Source: Ostreococcus lucimarinus (Eukaryota). From it: DNA of 64,000 nucleotides. The DNA is taken from NCBI GenBank assembly GCA_000092065.1, contig CP000597.1; one strand, written 5' to 3'. How positions within the stretch are numbered: the stretch's first letter is position 1; each line of letters opens with the position of its first letter. This document shows positions 59,049 to 64,000 of the stretch, one piece after another. The notes under the pieces were generated by a model. The model was not told the DNA's origin. It searched no databases and saw nothing but the letters and a program-made list of their open reading frames with translations. The position numbers were made by a program, and so were the translations under genes.

Positions 59049-60632
59049 CTAATAAAGACCGATCACCTTCCACCAAAGACCGCCGAAGACGAGCCAGATG
59101 AGAACGTTGGCGACGCCACAGATGGCGCCGATGCGGAAGTAATCCTTAAGCTCGACGAAGCCGGCGCCGAAGTAGCACGCGGATTGCCCCGAGGCGTAGT
59201 GCGTGATGCCGCCGAAGAGGTTGGTGTGGAAAGCCATGGTGAGGCCGACCAATATGGGCGGCGCGCCGGCAGCCATCATCATCGCCATGAACGCCGTGGA
59301 AAGCGCGGCGACTTGCGCGGTTTGAGACGCGAACAAGTAGTGAATGGAAAAGTAGCAACCGTGGAGCAAAAGCATGACTTGCGGCCACGCCAAGTTGGCC
59401 GCCGTCAATGCGCCGGCGACGGTGGTGGAGAGATAATCGATGAAACCCAGGGCGTTGAGCTGACCAGACATACCGATCAAGACGGCGAACCACAACAACG
59501 TATCCCAAGCGCCCTTTTCGTTCAAGCACTCGGCCCAGGAAATGACGCCGGAGATGAGTTGAAGGGACATCCCGAACATGGCGGCGACGACGGGCGCGAT
59601 GCCAAAGGGTTGGAAAATCCACATGAACACCGTGATGCTCATCGTAGCGACGACCATGAGCTCATCTTGAGACAAAGGACCGAGTTCTTTCAGCTTTGCC
59701 GCCGCCTCCGCGGGAGCGTCGGGCGTGCTTTGCACCTCCGGTGGGTACAACTTGTACACCAAGAGCGGGGTGACGAGCAAACCGATGATCGCCGGGACGC
59801 ACGCCGCCTTGAACCACGTGATCCACGGCGAAGCGACGATGATGCCGAGAGAAGCCGCGAGCTTGAGACTCAACAAGTTTTGAGCCGCCGCGGTCATGCA
59901 CATCGCGCTCGAGTGTCCGCTCGATTGCAGTTGCGTTTGCACCAAAAACGCCCCGAGCTTGCGCGACGTCGGCCCCGGCTCTGACCCCGCCTGCTTGGCG
60001 AGGGACGTGATGATGGGCAAGTACACCCCACCCGCGCGCGCCGTCGTGGACGGCATCGCGGGCGCGAGCAAAGCCTCAGAGATGGTCAGACCGTAAGACA
60101 GACCGAGCGTAGACTTGCCGAGCGCGCGCACGAACATCGTCGCCACGCGGTCGCCCAACCCCGTGCGCACGAAACCGCGCGCGAAGAAGAACGCGAGCAC
60201 GATGAGCCAAATCACATCATTCGTCATCGCTCCGAACGCCGCTTGAAAGCTCAGCGTCTTCGTCACCACCGCCGTGGTCAACCCGACGAACGCCCACGCC
60301 CCCACCGGCAACGGCCCCAACACGAGCCCGCAAATCGTCGACAAAAAAATGCTCAACAGCGCCCACGCCTGCGGCACGACCGCCTCCGGTCGCGGCACAA
60401 TAAAGTTCACCACCAACCCCACGCCCACGGACGCGGCGAGCGGGACCAAATTCGCTCCCTTCCACACGAACGGCGTCGCCGCCGCGCTCGCGTTCGCCGC
60501 GCGCGCCGCGCCCGCGACCACCGCCTCTCGCCGTCGCGCTCGCGTCGCGCCCGCCGCGCCTCGCGCGCTCGCGCACGTCGCACACGCGCACGCGCGCGCG
60601 TGCGCGTCTCCGCGCGTCGTCGGCAGCGCCAT
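59049..60632 (-). CDS. Plastidic 2-oxoglutarate/malate (dicarboxylate) translocator DiT, DASS family
   Basis: FVWKGANLVPLAASVGVGLVVNFIVP..., SEALLAPAMPSTTARAGGVYLPIITSL, HTNLFGGITHYASGQSACYFGAGFV, and IWLVFGGLWWKVIGLY are DiT1/DiT2 hallmark blocks. Start assigned to MALPTTRGD, a transit-peptide-like leader. The track ORF is over-extended to 61352. Confidence 0.75.
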   Translation of the reverse strand: MALPTTRGDAHARACACATCASARGAAGATRARRREAVVAGAARAANASAAATPFVWKGANLVPLAASVGVGLVVNFIVPRPEAVVPQAWALLSIFLSTICGLVLGPLPVGAWAFVGLTTAVVTKTLSFQAAFGAMTNDVIWLIVLAFFFARGFVRTGLGDRVATMFVRALGKSTLGLSYGLTISEALLAPAMPSTTARAGGVYLPIITSLAKQAGSEPGPTSRKLGAFLVQTQLQSSGHSSAMCMTAAAQNLLSLKLAASLGIIVASPWITWFKAACVPAIIGLLVTPLLVYKLYPPEVQSTPDAPAEAAAKLKELGPLSQDELMVVATMSITVFMWIFQPFGIAPVVAAMFGMSLQLISGVISWAECLNEKGAWDTLLWFAVLIGMSGQLNALGFIDYLSTTVAGALTAANLAWPQVMLLLHGCYFSIHYLFASQTAQVAALSTAFMAMMMAAGAPPILVGLTMAFHTNLFGGITHYASGQSACYFGAGFVELKDYFRIGAICGVANVLIWLVFGGLWWKVIGLY

Positions 60633-61647
60633 CGTCGTCGCCGTCGTCGTCGTTCGCGCGCGTCGTCCCGTCGTCGTCGTCGTCGTTCGCGCGCGTCGTC
60701 CCTTCGTCGCGCCGTCGCGCGCGCGCGCGTCGACGCGCGCGCCGATCGCTCTCGCGCTCATCACCGCGCGCATCGTTCGCGTCGAGCGTCGCGCGCGCGC
60801 GTGTGCGGCGTCGCGCGCGTCGAGGTCGTTAGGGCAAATCGAGGCCCCCTCGGAGATAAATGCCGGGAATCGCGTATTCGACGCGTTCGAACGCCGTGTA
60901 TATATATCCGAATGTCCGAATTCATACATCACCGCGCACTGAATGCCCACACGAAGGCGCGCCGACGTCGCCCGCCCCCGCGCCGCGCGCGCGCGCGTCG
61001 CCACACGTCGACGCCCGTCGACATGTTCACGCTCGCGACGCGCCCGACGACGACGCGCGCGACGCGCGTCCCGACCGCGAGCCGACGCCGCTCGACCGCC
61101 GTCGCGCTGACGATGCGCGCGTCGACGACGCCGAACGCGCTCGCGCTCGGCGACACGCCGCGCCGAGTCGCGCTGCAGCGCCGACGGATGACGACGACGA
61201 CGGCGGCGGCGCCGCGAGGCGTCGTCGCGGCGACGGAGGTGCGCGCGCGCGAGCGATGCGATCGACAAAAATTTGCGCGAGCGATCGGGGAGGCGCGGGA
61301 GGCGCGGAGACGCGCGCGGCGCGCGGGGGGGGGCGAGACGACGCGCGAACAAACCCTGGATGGGGTTTCGAGGCGTCGCGCGCGATGGCGCGATGGCGCG
61401 GTGACGCGCGCGGGGGGGGCGACGCGGACGCGCGCGCGCGGTGGAGAAGAAACGAGCGCATCGCGCGGGCGATGCGGGGGACGACGCGCGCGCGAGGAAG
61501 GGGTGGGAGGCGCGAGAGAACGAGAAGGCGATAGGGTTGGCGCTCGGCGGCGAGGACGGCGAGGACGCGGGCGCGAGGGGCGCGCGCGCGATGGACGCGC
61601 GTGGGATATGGAGTACTGACGATGTGTTGATGTTTTACCGCGCGTAG

Positions 61648-62001
61648 GTTGAAGCCGAGAAGAAGGAGGCGGTGTGCTACTTGCGAGGCGTGCGCATGTC
61701 GGCGTCGAAGATTCGTCGCGTGTTGGACGTCATTCGCGGGAAGAGCTACGAGGAGTGCTTGATCATGCTTGAATTCATGCCGTACCGCTCGTGCGAACCG
61801 ATTCTTAACGCGCTGTTCTCTTGCGCGTCGAACGCGAAGAACAACATGGGGATGAACAAGGCGAAGCTGTACGTCTCGGAGTGCTACGCGGACGGCGGGG
61901 CGACGATGAAGCGTTTCCGCCCGCGCGCGCAAGGGCGTCCGTTCTCCATCCGTAAGCGCACGGCGAGCATCACGCTTAAGATGGCTGAGCGTGAAGATTG
62001 A
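61648..62001 (+). CDS. rplV: Organellar (bacterial-type) ribosomal protein uL22, terminal exon; the 5' exon with start codon is not located
   Basis: VEAEKKEAVCYLRGVRMSASKIRRVLDVIRGKSYEECLIMLEFMPYRSCEPILNALFSCASNAKNN...ATMKRFRPRAQGRPFSIRKRTASITL matches bacterial uL22 (ARYLRMSPRKVRLVADLIRGK...MKRIMPRAKGRA..I.KRTSHIT). An in-frame TAG immediately upstream is preceded by a T-rich tract (ttgatgttttaccgcgcgTAG), which I read as a 3' splice site. Confidence 0.7.
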   Translation, partial: VEAEKKEAVCYLRGVRMSASKIRRVLDVIRGKSYEECLIMLEFMPYRSCEPILNALFSCASNAKNNMGMNKAKLYVSECYADGGATMKRFRPRAQGRPFSIRKRTASITLKMAERED

Positions 62002-62304
62002 GCGAACACACATTTATTTGGCATGAGACGTTAGTAGGCTTAGCAACGAACACACCTTAAAATCCGCGAGCGCGCTCGCGTTGTAACGCACGACGCGCGT
62101 TCATTGAATCGATCGAACGAATCACCGAATCGCCGCACCTCCGACGCCATCGCCCGAGCACGCTTCCGCGCGCGCAACCGTCTACATATTTCATTACATC
62201 ACGACGCCGCGCGACGCGCTCGCGCGCCGACGACGCGTCCTCGCCCGCGCCGCTCCGTCGCGTCGCGTCGATCGCCGCCCGACGTCCCGGCGCCGTCCTC
62301 GCGC

Positions 62305-62475
62305 CTACCGCGCGCCCTTCGCCTTGGCCTCGCGTCGCTCGATCGCGACGTCCATCTCGTCCTTTCGCACCTTCATCACGGTGTACCAGTACGCCGCCCC
62401 GCAAAACGTCAACAGCGCCCCCGCGATCGCGGCGTTCCCCGTCGCGCGCGCCGCGTGTCGCTCGCTGAACGCCAT
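62305..62475 (-). CDS. Small single-TM protein (56 aa), hypothetical
   Basis: MAFSERHAARATGNAAIAGALLTFCGAAYWYTVMKVRKDEMDVAIERREAKAKGAR is the C-terminal portion of a longer Arg-rich track ORF. It has one hydrophobic helix followed by a charged tail. Weak call. Confidence 0.25.
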   Translation of the reverse strand: MAFSERHAARATGNAAIAGALLTFCGAAYWYTVMKVRKDEMDVAIERREAKAKGAR

Positions 62476-63364
62476 CTCGCGCGCGCGCGTCGAGCGATGC
62501 TTCGCGCGTGTCGACGCGCCGCGCGCCGCGGACGCCGTCGCGCGACGCGAGCGACCGTCGCGCGCGTGGGAGTGGCGCGAACCGGGCTTCGTTCGTCGGA
62601 CGGCGAACGTCAGTCGTCGTCGCGCGGCGCGACGCGCGGCGCGACGCGCGGAGGCGATCGTTCGACGCGAAAAAATGTTTCGGTGCGTTCGACGCGCGCG
62701 AGGGCGCGTCGAGGACGTCGCGCGAGGTGGACGAGGGGTGAATGCGGCGACGCGCGAACGCATCCGCGCCGCCGGACGACGCGCGAATGAACGGCGTGAC
62801 GACCACACATGCCGCCCCAGTCAGACGACGTTTCGGCGTACGTGGTGATTGGTTTAAGTATACAGTCATGCACGCATGATCGGACCGTTCGTTCGCGACG
62901 TCGGCGCGGAAGGGGCGCGAGGATGGAGAGGTGGAGATGGAGGCGGCGACGACGCGGCGGCGCGGCGGCGCGGCGCGTTTTTCGTTCGTTCGTTCGTTCG
63001 TCATCTGAGCTCGGGAACGCGCGATGCGCGTCGTGAAGAATCGCGAGGAAGATCGAACGCTATTAACCCAGCTCGCTTTGAGCCTCGGCTTTGAAGAGAC
63101 TTGTTCCAAACTACACGACAATTGTCTGAGCGAAATTCGCGCCGACCCGCGCGCGGGAACGAGGAAGATGACGAACGGACGAATGAATGCATCGATGAAC
63201 GCGGGAGATGAGACGGGATGAAGTTTGTTTGTTTCGCGCACTGACGTTGGATTCGGTCGTCGCGAATTCGCGAAATCGCAGAGAACGAACGCGCTCGGAG
63301 ACGCAGAGGCGGGTGGACGTTTGTTTGGTTAAATGAGGTGCGTCTCGGACGTTCTTGTGTTTTC

Positions 63365-63540
63365 TCTCTTCTTCGCCGAAAAGCGAATCGTTACGGAAAT
63401 GAGGACCTCTCTTTCCCCAATTGATCGAAGATGAAAAGCATATAGAAGGCCGGTGCCACCGGCTATACTTGCCAGTATTATCTGATCCGTCAACGATTCG
63501 CCGAACGCATTCGGCGAAGAATGGTTTTTCTTTTTTCTGT
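63365..63540 (+). ncRNA. Candidate small structured RNA in an AT-richer island, ending in a T-tract (Pol III-like terminator)
   Basis: Long-range complementarity: cttcgccgaa (63371-63380) with ttcggcgaag (63511-63520), and gcgaatcg (63383-63390) with cgattcgc (63495-63502). Local hairpins: ggccggtgccaccggc and ttcgccgaacgcattcggcgaa. The element ends with tggtttttcttttttctg. Identity unknown. Confidence 0.3.
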
Positions 63541-64000
63541 GACCGAACGAGGGACGACGCGGACGACGACGCGGGCGCGACGAGCGCGCCCAAAGATTCT
63601 CTGGGGCGTCGCGCGAGTGGAGATGAGGAAATTGATGGTCCGTGTTTACGAATTACGGTGATGAGACAACAAACATCGGGTGTGACAACCCAGTTCCGAT
63701 CTGTTTACGTTCTCGAAGGCCCCCATTGGTCGATGCGTCGTCATCGTCGTCCACGTTATTCGCGTTTTCACATCACTCGTTTGTTTGCTTCGCTAAGTTG
63801 GGCACTTTACTCCGTCAGTGTTTCTTTGCCCCGTTCCCTAGAAGCTAGAACGATAGGTCGGCCCGTTGAATCGAAGCTTCGGGTTCGGTCGCGCAACTGG
63901 TTTCTCGCTATGTTTATTCGCTGCTTACCGCGGGTAAATACATTGAGGCCAGACATCTATCGATGCATTTACGATGACCATTTCGTCGCGCGGGATCGCC

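Noticed and set aside
63365-63540. Assignment of the candidate RNA to U1 or U2 snRNA
   Set aside because: Partial resemblances only: atacttgccag versus U1 atacttacctg, and tattatctgatc versus U2 aatatctgata. They lack the rest of the conserved cores and Sm sites, so no class is assigned.
1-64000. Interpretation of the window as a prokaryotic operon or genomic island
   Set aside because: Spliceosomal introns are present. The proteins include eukaryote-specific ones (ubiquilin, PIPK, Eaf1-like, Sen54, Nse2, FARSB of the eukaryotic type). Polyadenylation-like signals occur, and there are no Shine-Dalgarno-spaced polycistronic units.

Overview
This is a very GC-rich (roughly 65-70%) eukaryotic nuclear contig, not a prokaryotic locus. 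Several genes carry short spliceosomal introns (about 100-260 bp) with GTGCGT or GTAAGT donors. The recognisable proteins are eukaryotic: cytosolic PheRS beta, ubiquilin, a PIP kinase, an Eaf1-like HSA/SANT protein, Sen54, and Nse2. Nuclear-encoded organellar genes are also present: bacterial-type ribosomal proteins uL15 and uL22 with N-terminal leaders, a plastid DiT dicarboxylate translocator, and a YlxR-like protein. This fits a plastid-bearing, GC-rich protist such as a stramenopile or haptophyte alga, but the organism cannot be named from sequence alone. I resolve about 34 protein-coding genes on both strands. Short AT-rich islands mark the intergenic boundaries. Many long Arg/Ala-rich antisense ORFs are compositional artefacts. 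The most unusual element is an intronless 6.1-kb ORF at 45276-51374 encoding a 2032-aa megaenzyme. Its domains run: tandem rhodanese, PAPS-type sulfotransferase, NRPS-like adenylation, carrier protein, thioester reductase, and Zn alcohol dehydrogenase. I predict it reduces a carboxylic acid to an alcohol and O-sulfates it. Other notable items are a pyridine nucleotide-disulfide oxidoreductase fused to SelD, a DUF262 (GmrSD/ParB-like) protein, and an apparently inactive DNMT-like protein fused to PWWP and Tudor readers with a cryptic in-frame intron. The contig also holds an IMPase-HAD phosphatase fusion, a tandemly amplified membrane-anchored RCC1-propeller gene with an in-frame TAG in an extra upstream blade, several tandem repeats, and a candidate small structured RNA near the 3' end.
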